Source of the DNA: a virus
DNA length: 64,000 nucleotides
IMG/VR virus record: IMGVR_UViG_3300047471_000189
Coordinates: 14,230 to 78,229 of that record
Direction: 5' to 3' (one strand)
The translations under genes and the position numbers were made by a program. Below the pieces are notes generated by a model that had not been told where the DNA came from, searched no databases, and worked only from the letters and a program-made list of their open reading frames with translations. Shown here in pieces: positions 36,847-46,592 of this stretch (its first letter is position 1; each line of letters begins with the position of its first letter).

Positions 36847-39800
36847 TAGTATGTTCCCTGAACAACCCAAGTTGCTTGCTTCGAGGTTCCGTCTGCGACG
36901 AAAGTAAATTTGATATAATCTCCATTCGTCAACGCTACATTTCCGCTCTGTGACGCTGTAGCGAATGAACTTGTACAAGTTACTGCGCCCGTCAGAAGTG
37001 CCCCAAGCGTGTTCCCTGCCGCGTTCATCGTCGAGGTTCCAGAGTTGTCGGTGAAGCATTGCAGACCAGTGAGTGTAACCGTCGACCCGGTTGTGTTCTT
37101 ACAGGTCGACTGGAGATAGGTTCCCGCTGTGATTGCGTTCAAGCCGTCACCAAGACCCGGCTGGCAAGACCATTGACGTGTTCCGCCCACTACAGCCGCA
37201 TCGACATAAGCTGTCGTCGCAACCTTAGTGGAGTTATCCGCCGGAGATTGAGTCGTTGCCGTCGTTCCGTTAGGGATTGCGTTTGTGCCGCTAACAGCAG
37301 TCCCGGTTCCAGCGTAATAAGCTATCTGGTTTGCTGTTCCGCTATTGACGGTACCGCTTCCACCTCCGCCTGTGCATCCGATATTCGTCAAGCCACCGTG
37401 AGTTCCGTTAAAACAGGCAGGGTTTGGGCTTGCGGAGGTCGCAATACTCGGGATCGTAAACTCGCCGCTAGCATAAGCTCGAAACACATCGGTAGACCCA
37501 CCATACGGACGAACCATATAGTAGTTGTTGGTAGACGTCGAACTCGTGTAATTGAAGCCGTGACAGAAGGCGTTGTTGTTTCCTGTATCCCGCCCAAGGC
37601 AATCCCCGAACCAGTCACCAGATGCTAGGGTAGAATTCCACTCTCGGATTAGCGTTGGTGGTCCGCCTGTTGTTGAATGCGAGTAAATGTCCATGCCAAG
37701 GAACCCGCCCGCGTTCGCTTGCCACGCCATGAAATTAAACCAGTTGGAATCGAACCATAATCTCGCAGCCGGAGCGTATACGCTCTGAACATCGGCACCG
37801 AGGCCGCTTGCTGAATACGAGAAGGTATCCGCAGGTTGGATCGGTAGCCCTCCCTTAGCAGCGAAAGCTTCGTTAACCGTTTGCGCCCAAATTACATCTG
37901 CATGGGGGTCCGGTAGCGATGGGGTGTTATCTGCGACATGCAGTAGAGCCCTAGCCGTGTCCGCGTAATAGTCGATGTACTGACCGTTCGACACCATCGT
38001 CGCGTTCTTGCCCATGTACTGGGTCCACATGAAGTAGTTCACTTGACCGGGCTTAACGTCTGCTCCGGTGAGGCCGTACTGGGCAGGAACGATGGTCGTT
38101 TCTAACACCTTCATTCCAGCCGTATGAGCCGCAGCCCAGAGTGTCTGCTTGTCGGCCTCTACTTGAGTTGAGCTTCTTCCGCCAAGAAAGTCGTTCTGGC
38201 CGGTCTGATCGATCAGGAACATGGGTGACGCGCTGATGCTGGCAACCCAAGTTGCCAGATTTGCTGCGGCAGCCTGAGTGGTTGTTTCAAACCCGTAGAT
38301 AGTCCCGTGACCGTAAATATAAGATTGCTTTCCAAACTGCCATATACCCCACAACGATGCGTCGTAGGTAGTGCCGGTGCAAGGGGAGCAAGTGTAGGTT
38401 AAAGTGGTCGGGGTCGTGAAAGTAATCTGTGTTGACGAAGGGACGGTGGTGACTTGGAAAGATCCATACTGGGCAGCCTGCTGAACTGATCCGATGATAC
38501 CGGCGGGCCAACTAGCCAAATTGGACATATCGACTGCATCCCCTATGGACAGACTATGTGCAGAACCGTAGGTGACGGTGCAGGTTGAAGTGGAGGTATG
38601 AACGCAACTTACGCTGGACGGAACACCAAGCGAACGACTGTTCTGTGCGTTTGCATCGTCGTAAAGCCCAGAGAATGACGTAACCACATAAGCCGTTGTA
38701 ATCGGGTTGTACTGAACTCCGCTTGATCCTCCTGCGGTGGTAAGATCGATGTCATTTGTGGTTGTGCTGACCGTGACGCTTGCGTCAGATGAATGAATTG
38801 TGACTGCTGGTCCGGTCTGGGAATTGATGCTTGTAATGCCGCCTCCGCCTCCTCCACCAAACGGGGCTTCTGCTACTCCGTTTTCTGAGTGAACGAGTTG
38901 GTGCGTAACCGCATCGCAGCGGATGTAATCGACCCCAGCAGCCGGAACTCCGGCAGTAGAGGATTCATCACAAGAAAATCCGTGGGCCCCTGAAGGGAGA
39001 GCGGCGTCTGCGGCTGGCGATACCGTGCCTGCTGTTAGAGAAGGCGCTGTGACAGCTTCAGAACACGCAACGGTTGTGCCGTTGTCGGTGCAGGCCGAAG
39101 CGGCGTGGCTCCCTGCCGTAGACCCAACCATCTGCATCTGACCAGCGGTCCCGACCGTGGGACTACCGCTTCCTCCACTCCCGTACGGCACCCAAGCGGT
39201 TCCATTACTCTGGCAAAGATGAGATGTGGACCCGGTGCCTGCTGCGCAATCCAAGGCGTCAACGGCGTTATCGACGGCGATAATTGCGTACGGCCATGAG
39301 GTAGCGGGAGGAAGTTCCTGAATCCATCTTGACTGCAATCCCTTGCCCCAGAAGTTCGCGTTCGGATCAATCGAAAGCCCCTCGGTCGCGCTATATAAGA
39401 GCGGGACATTGACCGGAATGAAGCCGGGAGATGAAACAGGAGATCCTGTGTAATAGAGGAACAACCTCACGCCATTAACGGTGGTATCGCTTGCTCCCCT
39501 GAAGTCGCCTGACATGGCAATCGATGTGAGAACCTGTGTTGTATCGACGTTGGCTCCTGTCAGACTGACCAGTTGGCCGGTGGCCGGTACGGATTCAAAC
39601 TCTTCTGAGGAGATGGGGAATAAACTTCCGCCCGTTGCTCCGGTGGCCGTTGCCGTTGCGCTGAAAGCCGCGACGTTATAGGTAGACGCGCTTAAACAGC
39701 CATCAGCTACGGGCAAGATACCGTGATTGGCACCAACCGCAGCAGCATAAACCGCCGTGATTCTACCGGGAGAGGCTGCTAGATCGGGATACTGGGCTTC

Positions 39801-40778
39801 GAGCGCCCCCGTAAAGGTCCATGTCGCGGTACCGCTAGAGCCGAAGGAGCAATACGACCCAGATGCCATATCCGCAGAAGTCAAGTCACCCGTCACGGTG
39901 ACAGCGGGAGCATCAGTCTTCGAGAATCCTGTCGGGGTAAGAATGACGTACTGACCGGAAATAGGGGGCTGGATGAACTGTCCTATCCCGCTGGTAACAT
40001 CTACGTCGGCAGTTTCAATTCCTCCGCTGGGGTTTCGGAACCGAACGGTGGGGCTGTCCTGAAAATCAAGTAAAACCTGACTGGTGTTGTCAATCTCGTC
40101 CGTCTGTAAGTTCACACTTGGGTTGGCCGAGATGACCCCAGCAACGCAATTCGTGGTCGTGCCGTCACACTGCGCGGCTCCCTTGGACGAATTGGTCGCA
40201 TTGGGAACAGTCGCTGATTCGATTCCCCCACTGGGGTTCGTGAACTTAACCGTAGCCGTATCTTTGAAGTTGAGGATGGTTTGTAGAGCGTTATCGACAT
40301 CGTTGGTTTGAATCTCTGCGCCGGTAGTGTTAGAAAACGTACAAGTGTTTCCTGTGCAACTTACATTTGCCCCAGTGAAAGTAAACGGACCGGAAACAGA
40401 GTTTATGCTGGAAACGATAGCTCCTCCGGCTCCGGCCAGAGAGCATATGTTAATAGTCGTAAAGTTCCCTGATCCCGGGTATTGGACACGCTCGTTTACG
40501 CAGTATCCCAAGGGCATGTAATACGAGAAGTTACCGCTGGAGTCAGCCGTCACCATTCCCGTGGGGATCGGAATAGTCAGAAGAGGGTCCCGGTAGATGG
40601 TAGCCAACGCACCGGTAGCCGTCGACGTAACATAGATGTTCGCGTTGGGGACAACTACAGCCTCTGTCCCGGACGAACCACGGGCCACGACTTGGTTTAC
40701 CCGGTGAAACCCGATGGTCACTTGTCCGAATAATGGACCAGCTATAAGAAGAAGTGCGGATAGAAGAAATTTCTTCAC
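36846..40778 (-). CDS. Tail fibre/spike-like protein with SGNH-hydrolase-like domain and signal-peptide-like N-terminus
   Basis: Head-binding-like N-domain; duplicated QT...DN..Q..L.F.D...V.F.NPSGGIE; GQND block; ADNSTKVATTAYVD fibre motif. Confidence 0.65.
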   Translation of the reverse strand: MKKFLLSALLLIAGPLFGQVTIGFHRVNQVVARGSSGTEAVVVPNANIYVTSTATGALATIYRDPLLTIPIPTGMVTADSSGNFSYYMPLGYCVNERVQYPGSGNFTTINICSLAGAGGAIVSSINSVSGPFTFTGANVSCTGNTCTFSNTTGAEIQTNDVDNALQTILNFKDTATVKFTNPSGGIESATVPNATNSSKGAAQCDGTTTNCVAGVISANPSVNLQTDEIDNTSQVLLDFQDSPTVRFRNPSGGIETADVDVTSGIGQFIQPPISGQYVILTPTGFSKTDAPAVTVTGDLTSADMASGSYCSFGSSGTATWTFTGALEAQYPDLAASPGRITAVYAAAVGANHGILPVADGCLSASTYNVAAFSATATATGATGGSLFPISSEEFESVPATGQLVSLTGANVDTTQVLTSIAMSGDFRGASDTTVNGVRLFLYYTGSPVSSPGFIPVNVPLLYSATEGLSIDPNANFWGKGLQSRWIQELPPATSWPYAIIAVDNAVDALDCAAGTGSTSHLCQSNGTAWVPYGSGGSGSPTVGTAGQMQMVGSTAGSHAASACTDNGTTVACSEAVTAPSLTAGTVSPAADAALPSGAHGFSCDESSTAGVPAAGVDYIRCDAVTHQLVHSENGVAEAPFGGGGGGGITSINSQTGPAVTIHSSDASVTVSTTTNDIDLTTAGGSSGVQYNPITTAYVVTSFSGLYDDANAQNSRSLGVPSSVSCVHTSTSTCTVTYGSAHSLSIGDAVDMSNLASWPAGIIGSVQQAAQYGSFQVTTVPSSTQITFTTPTTLTYTCSPCTGTTYDASLWGIWQFGKQSYIYGHGTIYGFETTTQAAAANLATWVASISASPMFLIDQTGQNDFLGGRSSTQVEADKQTLWAAAHTAGMKVLETTIVPAQYGLTGADVKPGQVNYFMWTQYMGKNATMVSNGQYIDYYADTARALLHVADNTPSLPDPHADVIWAQTVNEAFAAKGGLPIQPADTFSYSASGLGADVQSVYAPAARLWFDSNWFNFMAWQANAGGFLGMDIYSHSTTGGPPTLIREWNSTLASGDWFGDCLGRDTGNNNAFCHGFNYTSSTSTNNYYMVRPYGGSTDVFRAYASGEFTIPSIATSASPNPACFNGTHGGLTNIGCTGGGGSGTVNSGTANQIAYYAGTGTAVSGTNAIPNGTTATTQSPADNSTKVATTAYVDAAVVGGTRQWSCQPGLGDGLNAITAGTYLQSTCKNTTGSTVTLTGLQCFTDNSGTSTMNAAGNTLGALLTGAVTCTSSFATASQSGNVALTNGDYIKFTFVADGTSKQATWVVQGTY
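40724..40738. repeat. Dispersed 15-bp motif copy
   Basis: GTCCGAATAATGGAC, encodes GPLFG of the signal peptide. Confidence 0.85.
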
Positions 40779-40779
40779 G

Positions 40780-41493
40780 TTAACCTCTGCCTCCCTGAAT
40801 GGCGGCTAGTTGTCGGAGAGAATTCAGTTTGTCGGCGAGCCAAACATTCTTTTGGGACTGGCTCAAGCCCTGAGATTCCGTTGCCAAATCAGTCATGAAT
40901 ATCTGCATTGATGTCGTAAACCGGGGGTCGTTGCTGTACTCGAACGCTTTCGCTTGGAACCCCTCGTTATACAGGTAGCTTAGATAATCCGGAATCGGGT
41001 TCCATGTCTGGTTAAGAGCAGTGAACAACGGAGCCGACTTCTGATAATCAACCACAACGTTGTAAATTTTGTCCGGAGCGGGAAAAACCCGGAAGGTTAT
41101 GTTCCCCGAGTCGTCATCGTATTGGGCTGAAATTCTGGCTGGTTGATTGGGTAGGGGTTCTTCGCCTTTGATTAACTCGACCTGTAACTCAAACGCAGCA
41201 AACCCGTCCCCGGGGAGGTAGGCCACAGCCTTCTCAATCCAACCAAACGTAGGCAGGTTGACGATGTAATCCGAAACCCCGATGTCGGTCGTAAACGTAG
41301 GAGTAGACGGTGTGGCCCCCACGCGGTTCCATCTCCACCCGCCTAAAGCAGGAGACAAGATCGTCTGCATCACCCAGTCGGCGTTGGAAAACGCCGGGTC
41401 GTTCGCAGTATTAGCCGTGAACGTCAAGGGGGCGAGACGCTGGTATTGCTGGGCCAAGTTAATGGTCCGCTGTAACTGGATTGTGCTTGCCAT
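40780..41493 (-). CDS. Head-tail adaptor-like protein
   Basis: WRWNR, SDY, FRVFPAPD, IPDY pattern. Confidence 0.55.
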   Translation of the reverse strand: MASTIQLQRTINLAQQYQRLAPLTFTANTANDPAFSNADWVMQTILSPALGGWRWNRVGATPSTPTFTTDIGVSDYIVNLPTFGWIEKAVAYLPGDGFAAFELQVELIKGEEPLPNQPARISAQYDDDSGNITFRVFPAPDKIYNVVVDYQKSAPLFTALNQTWNPIPDYLSYLYNEGFQAKAFEYSNDPRFTTSMQIFMTDLATESQGLSQSQKNVWLADKLNSLRQLAAIQGGRG

Positions 41494-41494
41494 A

Positions 41495-41896
41495 CTACCT
41501 TGGTGGGATTAGATTTTTGGGGAGGGTTTTTAAGATAACCATCGTCAGCTTTTGGGTCTGCTGTTCCAAGATGTTCATAAAGAAGGGAGAGGTAATTTCT
41601 GAGAGATACGGATTCGAAAACTCATGGAACGGATCAAAGAAGACATGGACTAACTCGTGAACCAAAGCCATAACTAACGTCTTCATTTGTCCAGAATCAA
41701 AATCTCGTTTAGCTGGCGGATAGACGTGGACCAGTACGTGCTGGTAGTTAGAGTTTATCGTAGCCTCGGCGTAAGAATTTCCTTTCCCTTCTTCGGGAAA
41801 CTCTACGCCGATGGCCCATCCGTTCAGATTTAAATGAGACCCGACTCGGGAAAGAAACTCGGATACCCACTGTTCGTAGGGAAGCGGTATCTTCAT
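41495..41896 (-). CDS. Zincin-like metallopeptidase
   Basis: LVHELVH (HExxH) with a downstream Glu. Confidence 0.65.
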   Translation of the reverse strand: MKIPLPYEQWVSEFLSRVGSHLNLNGWAIGVEFPEEGKGNSYAEATINSNYQHVLVHVYPPAKRDFDSGQMKTLVMALVHELVHVFFDPFHEFSNPYLSEITSPFFMNILEQQTQKLTMVILKTLPKNLIPPR

Positions 41897-41910
41897 ACGC
41901 CCTCGTCGGT

Positions 41911-42489
41911 TTAGTTATCGTGTAGGTAGGACTCTTCTCTTGCACGAACCGGGTCCAGAACGGACCGGTAACCAGAAGCGGACAGCTTGTTAAAGCTAGG
42001 CTTCTTGCGCCATGAGGCGTAGTCAGACTGCCCGGGACGGAAGATTCTCTGACACACGGTGCAGATGCCCACATCCACGTTGACGTCGTTGCGGTGCCAG
42101 ATGATACTGGTGCGCCCGGCGATGTCGCGCTGCTCGGAGAGCGGGGAGCCGCCTGCGATGTGGTCGCAACTGTCCTGCTCGGCCTTCTGCGTTTCCTTCT
42201 GGCGTTTTGCCAGTTCCTTGGCGCGTTCGTCGAACAGTTTGTTGTTGGCGTCTTCCGCGATTTCCTTCTGGGACTTGACGTATTCGCGGGGCTCGGTGGT
42301 CTTGATGATGGCGGCAGCAAGCGCTTGGTTCGCGGCTGAGGCTTCCTTCTGTGCCTGCGCGGTCTGCTGTTGCAGAGTTACGATAAGGGCCAGAAGTTGG
42401 TCTGTACTCAAAGGTACAGGAGCTTGAGTTTCAGTAGAAACGGGGTTTTCAGCATCTGCTGAAAGTGGCTTAATGGGTTTAATCGACAT
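41911..42489 (-). CDS. Coiled-coil + Cys/His domain protein (paralog of 53333-53971)
   Basis: CDHIAG...IAGRTSIIWH...VGICTVC; GAGGAG RBS before MSIKPI. Confidence 0.65.
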   Translation of the reverse strand: MSIKPIKPLSADAENPVSTETQAPVPLSTDQLLALIVTLQQQTAQAQKEASAANQALAAAIIKTTEPREYVKSQKEIAEDANNKLFDERAKELAKRQKETQKAEQDSCDHIAGGSPLSEQRDIAGRTSIIWHRNDVNVDVGICTVCQRIFRPGQSDYASWRKKPSFNKLSASGYRSVLDPVRAREESYLHDN

Positions 42490-42506
42490 GCTCTCTCCTC
42501 GGGAAA

Positions 42507-43226
42507 TCACTCCCAGACGGGTTTGTTGTTCAAGTTTTTGGAATTGCGATACTGGTGAAGTTTCTTGTACCAGTATGTTGAATCTGCGATGCCGGACGGG
42601 CGTCCAAACTCTTGGTATACCTGTTCTTCGGTCAGGATTCTGTTCTTGATGAACCGAAGTAAGACGTCTCTCCAACCGATTCGAGTAGCTCTCTGCATCA
42701 CGTCGCGAGAATCAAACTCGTATTCGTTGTACTCAGGCATGGGCCCGATGGTGACGTAACCCATGTACTTCGCGGTATTCCCGTGCCAATCAGGATTGGA
42801 AGTTCCGGAAGTAGCGAATAAGGAGATGTCTACAGGAACTCCCCCGACGGTTACAGCCCCGGGGGTGATGTAGAGGCGAGGATAAACGTTGTGAAGCTTT
42901 TGGAGGAACAGGGAGTAGTCCATCATTTCCCCGCGCCGTTCTTTGTGGAAGTCGTCCTGATCGGGGTGCCGCATCCGCTTGGTGCCTTCGGAGTTGTAGT
43001 TCCGTTCCCGGAGACGAGCGGTGTGTTCCGCGATACTTAATTTGGGTTGCTTCTTGCACCACGAGCACTGGGGGTCGTACCCTGATTTGTAAGCTTCGTT
43101 CCGGTCGAAGAACCCGCCAGCGAAGGTCAGCAAACGAAAACAGCTTTGACATTCCTGCCCGCGAATCTCGTTGTCGACTCCGGCTGCCCAGTTGACTACG
43201 TCGAAATCGGACTCGATTAAACTCAT
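42507..43226 (-). CDS. Hypothetical protein with N-terminal zinc finger
   Basis: CQSC...CSWC. Confidence 0.6.
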   Translation of the reverse strand: MSLIESDFDVVNWAAGVDNEIRGQECQSCFRLLTFAGGFFDRNEAYKSGYDPQCSWCKKQPKLSIAEHTARLRERNYNSEGTKRMRHPDQDDFHKERRGEMMDYSLFLQKLHNVYPRLYITPGAVTVGGVPVDISLFATSGTSNPDWHGNTAKYMGYVTIGPMPEYNEYEFDSRDVMQRATRIGWRDVLLRFIKNRILTEEQVYQEFGRPSGIADSTYWYKKLHQYRNSKNLNNKPVWE

Positions 43227-43522
43227 GCAGGCACCCATAGCTTACTGGGTTCCGGCTGATTCGGATCGGGGAAAGCTTCATTGAGCTTACGCTCGATAGT
43301 CTTTACTACGGATTCGGCGAGGCCGTTGTCTTCCGCGTTGTCGGCATGAACGGCGACTTCTCGTTCGAGGGTGATGCCGCCGTCGGCTTGTTTTACGACA
43401 GCGGCGATTACGTACCCTATCACGTTGTCCAGATCAACCAATTCGGTATTCGGATATTCCGTTGGAGAAATATACGACAGGTCGTTTAGTTTCCAAACAC
43501 CAATAGCTACTGACATCTTCAC
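43223..43522 (-). CDS. Hypothetical protein
   Basis: AAGGA RBS; coupled to downstream gene. Confidence 0.55.
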   Translation of the reverse strand: MKMSVAIGVWKLNDLSYISPTEYPNTELVDLDNVIGYVIAAVVKQADGGITLEREVAVHADNAEDNGLAESVVKTIERKLNEAFPDPNQPEPSKLWVPA

Positions 43523-43529
43523 ATCCTTA

Positions 43530-43544
43530 GTCCATTATTCGGAC
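43530..43544. repeat. Dispersed 15-bp motif copy
   Basis: GTCCATTATTCGGAC, intergenic. Confidence 0.85.
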
Positions 43545-43554
43545 AAGTTGTAGG

Positions 43555-44565
43555 TTAGACCTTTTCGAGCACGAACTCCCGAACCGTGATCGAGTTGGCC
43601 GGGGAGGCAAACCCGAACGTTACGGAAGCGAGGAAGGACAGATCAGCCAGAGCCAGAGCCGTTACTACGTTCGTTACCACGGTTGTGGTTGTGAAGTAGG
43701 AAGAGGAACCGGCTGCCAGATTCGAGCTATACCATCCCGACAGAATTCCCGATGCCGAGTCCCACTGTAGAACAGCAGTGATCTCGAAATCGAACGTTCC
43801 GCCTGCGGTTGCAATCGACTGTGCGGCAATGGCCCCAATCGCGTGATCGTTGGCCAGAGTAGAGGACGTTCCCTGATAGAGCTTGAACCCTACCTGAGAG
43901 GTCCCTGCGGCTGGAAGAGCGCCTGCTGGGGTAATTGACCCATCATCTACGAACTGTAGAGTCGGGGCCGCAACGGTTGCCATGAACAGTTCGCCACCGG
44001 TTGTGCGCCCGTACACCTTGTACGAGGTAGCTCCGGTGACAGCGTGCCACTTGACCGTGACGGTGTTGATGTTGGTCCCCGGGGGGCCCGTGGTGATGCT
44101 GGTCTCGGTTGAGGCCAGAGAGGTTCCTCCCGAAGCGTTGACTGCCGCCACCCTGTAATAATAGGCAGTGGAGTCTAGGAGGGTTCCGCCGGTTGCCGCC
44201 GTCGTGAAGGTGTCGTTAACCGGAGCAGCTAACTGCGCTGCCGAGCTTCCGACGCCTGTGATACGAACTTTAAACGGGCGGCCATCCCATGTATCTGAGG
44301 TGAATTGGTCGTTTGATTCGCCGAACGGAAGGCCGTATTCACGTTGTGATCTTCCGGTAACGGCTTGGTTAGCGTTGATGTTCAGCTTCGAGGACGCGCC
44401 ACGAATAGACCCGACCCGGGGAGCTACGACAAAAGCTGTCGCAGTCCCCGTATCGGTATTGACTACCAGAGCGGTCTCCGTAGCGGTCGCAACTGCCTGA
44501 GCAGAGAACTGATTGCGAGCCGAACTGTTTCCGGAGAAACCAGCTACACTGTTGGAGTTGCTCAT
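43555..44565 (-). CDS. Virion decoration-like protein with inserted Fn3-like domain
   Basis: Paralog of 44569-45255; insert YYYRVAAVN...W.AVTGATSYKVY. Confidence 0.6.
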   Translation of the reverse strand: MSNSNSVAGFSGNSSARNQFSAQAVATATETALVVNTDTGTATAFVVAPRVGSIRGASSKLNINANQAVTGRSQREYGLPFGESNDQFTSDTWDGRPFKVRITGVGSSAAQLAAPVNDTFTTAATGGTLLDSTAYYYRVAAVNASGGTSLASTETSITTGPPGTNINTVTVKWHAVTGATSYKVYGRTTGGELFMATVAAPTLQFVDDGSITPAGALPAAGTSQVGFKLYQGTSSTLANDHAIGAIAAQSIATAGGTFDFEITAVLQWDSASGILSGWYSSNLAAGSSSYFTTTTVVTNVVTALALADLSFLASVTFGFASPANSITVREFVLEKV

Positions 44566-44568
44566 TGC

Positions 44569-45255
44569 TTAGACCTTTTCTACGACGAATTCCCGGACCG
44601 TAACCGTGCTTGCTGTGGTGTTGGCCAGCTTGATGCCCGCGCAGAAGGTAAGACCGGCTGCCGCCACGCTTGTTTGCACGTTGGTGATGACCGTCGTGGT
44701 CGTGAACTGCGAGGTGGTTCCGTTCGCGATGTTCGCGGTGTAGTAGCCGGACAGAATCTGCGACGTTGGGTCCCAGAGGCCGGTGAACTCGATCAGGAAG
44801 TTGCTGGGTGTGGTCGAGGTTCCTGCACCCGGATACGCCGCGCCCGTGAGAGCGATGCGGTTTCCGGCAGTGCCGACAACCGTGGCCGCGCCGTTGTACA
44901 GGTAGAAGATTGCCGTCTGGGTTGCGCCCAAGCTGGCAATACCTGACAAGCGGATCTTGAAGGCTCTGCCGTTCCAAGAATCGGACGAGAACTGGTCGTT
45001 CGACTCGCCGGACGGAACCCCATACTCGCGTCCACCACGGGTGGTGATGGCTGCGTTCGAGTTCACGTCAAACTTGGGGCTGGCTCCAAGAACAACTCCA
45101 CCGACGGGAACGGTGACCAAGGCGGTCGCGGTACCTGTGTCGGTGTTTACAACGAGTGCGGCTTCCGTTGCCGAGGCAACAGCTTGTGTGGGAAATTTGT
45201 CTCTGAGGGTTCCGCTTCCGGCGTAACCGCCAAGTACTGTATTGGTGTTCGACAT
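44569..45255 (-). CDS. Virion decoration-like protein
   Basis: Beta-rich Thr/Ala/Gly protein ending VTVREFVVEKV. Confidence 0.55.
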   Translation of the reverse strand: MSNTNTVLGGYAGSGTLRDKFPTQAVASATEAALVVNTDTGTATALVTVPVGGVVLGASPKFDVNSNAAITTRGGREYGVPSGESNDQFSSDSWNGRAFKIRLSGIASLGATQTAIFYLYNGAATVVGTAGNRIALTGAAYPGAGTSTTPSNFLIEFTGLWDPTSQILSGYYTANIANGTTSQFTTTTVITNVQTSVAAAGLTFCAGIKLANTTASTVTVREFVVEKV

Positions 45256-45338
45256 TGATTTTTGTCCTTAATTGATTTTGGTTACGCCCGCATCGCGGGG
45301 TGTGTTACATTCTGGTCCTCGTTGAAGGCAGGACTAAA

Positions 45339-45971
45339 TTACGAGATTGTGCTGGACCGGCTTCCGGTTTCCTTCACCGGCTTAAACACGGGACAGGCGC
45401 AGAGCTTGCCGCGCTCTACGTGGGCCGCTGCGACCCCTCCCGGGTGAACTAATACTCCGTGGTGGTCGCCCATTGTGATCGACCCGAGTTCATGGACAAT
45501 ACTGCTGTGTCCAACGAGTAGGGGAGGGATTCCGCAGTCCATAAATATGTGGAGAGCTTCTTGGAAGCAGGGAGCTATCCGGCTTTTGAAATCGTTCAGG
45601 GATTCGCCGCCGGGGATCACAGAGTCCGGGTTGTCCAGATAAACTTGCAGCCGGGCTTCAGATTCCTTGTTTCTCGGAGTGCCGGAGAATGAGCCAACGT
45701 TGAGGGCCCGGAGTTGTTCAGAAGAGTGGACAGGGAGTCCTTTAGCTGCGGCTATGATCTCGGCTGTTTTAGTCGCTCGTTGTTTGTCGGAGCATAGGAT
45801 GCAGGAGATATCGATGTCGGAGAACAGGTCCGCGAGCTTGTGCGCCTGCTTCAGGCCGGTTGCATCGAGAGGGGGATTGGCGTTCCCTCGAAACATTCCA
45901 GAAGCGTTGAGGACCGTCTGTCCGTGCCGAACGACATAGAAGGCGGTTTGCTTATTCTGCTGGAGAGGCAT
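45339..45971 (-). CDS. Histidine phosphatase (phosphoglycerate mutase superfamily)
   Basis: VRHGQT..N, SD..RA..TA, PGGES, VGH. Confidence 0.9.
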   Translation of the reverse strand: MPLQQNKQTAFYVVRHGQTVLNASGMFRGNANPPLDATGLKQAHKLADLFSDIDISCILCSDKQRATKTAEIIAAAKGLPVHSSEQLRALNVGSFSGTPRNKESEARLQVYLDNPDSVIPGGESLNDFKSRIAPCFQEALHIFMDCGIPPLLVGHSSIVHELGSITMGDHHGVLVHPGGVAAAHVERGKLCACPVFKPVKETGSRSSTIS

Positions 45972-46374
45972 CAACGGGTTCCTTTGGCTTGCGCGTTCTC
46001 TGGGGCTGGGGCGGTACGGGATCGGCGGGGGCGGGCGGAACATCAGGCTCCGTTTCGGGTACATGGCCGTCAGAAAACATCGTAGCGGTGGTTACGCTCG
46101 CGACCAGAGGACCCGAGTTCTTCGCAGGGGCTTCCTCGGGGGCCGGGTACTCAAACTGGAGGCCGTCAAGTTCTACGTCTAACTCAGCTTTGAGGTCGGC
46201 CAACTCTGGATGGTTAGCCAGAGAGGATTTGCGGACAACCAAGACCTCCACAGCTTGCCGACGGTAGTCGCGCTCGGCGCAATCGTTTCGGGCTATGTCT
46301 CGCAGGACGTAATCAGGAAGGAGTTTCAGGTGAGCGTGGTAGTCAAAGAATGGGTCTTTAAGGCGGTCGGTCAT
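45952..46374 (-). CDS. Hypothetical protein
   Basis: GAGG RBS; Pro-rich tail. Confidence 0.6.
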   Translation of the reverse strand: MTDRLKDPFFDYHAHLKLLPDYVLRDIARNDCAERDYRRQAVEVLVVRKSSLANHPELADLKAELDVELDGLQFEYPAPEEAPAKNSGPLVASVTTATMFSDGHVPETEPDVPPAPADPVPPQPQRTRKPKEPVDASPAE

Positions 46375-46385
46375 GAAACCTCGTG

Positions 46386-46400
46386 GTCCATTATTCGGAC
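46386..46400. repeat. Dispersed 15-bp motif copy
   Basis: GTCCATTATTCGGAC just before RBS. Confidence 0.85.
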
Positions 46401-46579
46401 GGGGTTAAGTCAAATTCTCGGCAGTCGGATAAGAGATGGGGACATTCAATGCGACACCGGGGAGTAGAAGAATGAGCCACCCATTCCGGGTCTCGAAAAC
46501 TCATCAAGACCGTTTCGTGGTTCAGGTACGCTGGCTCTACCTGACAATCGAAATAATGTCCTCTTTTATATGACATCAT
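46391..46579 (-). CDS. Small hypothetical protein
   Basis: 62-aa ORF filling the gap; weak RBS. Confidence 0.3.
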   Translation of the reverse strand: MMSYKRGHYFDCQVEPAYLNHETVLMSFRDPEWVAHSSTPRCRIECPHLLSDCREFDLTPSE

Positions 46580-46592
46580 AGATTTGAAAAGT

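Noticed and set aside
29835-40778. Diversity-generating retroelement or invertible tail-fibre cassette
   Set aside because: No reverse transcriptase, recombinase or near-identical TR/VR pair seen; shared segments are diverged paralogy
11318-45226. Numerous + strand ORFs within the virion arm (e.g. 18851-19714, 34734-35621, 23363-24103)
   Set aside because: Antisense to long, motif-bearing minus-strand genes; expected in GC-rich coding DNA
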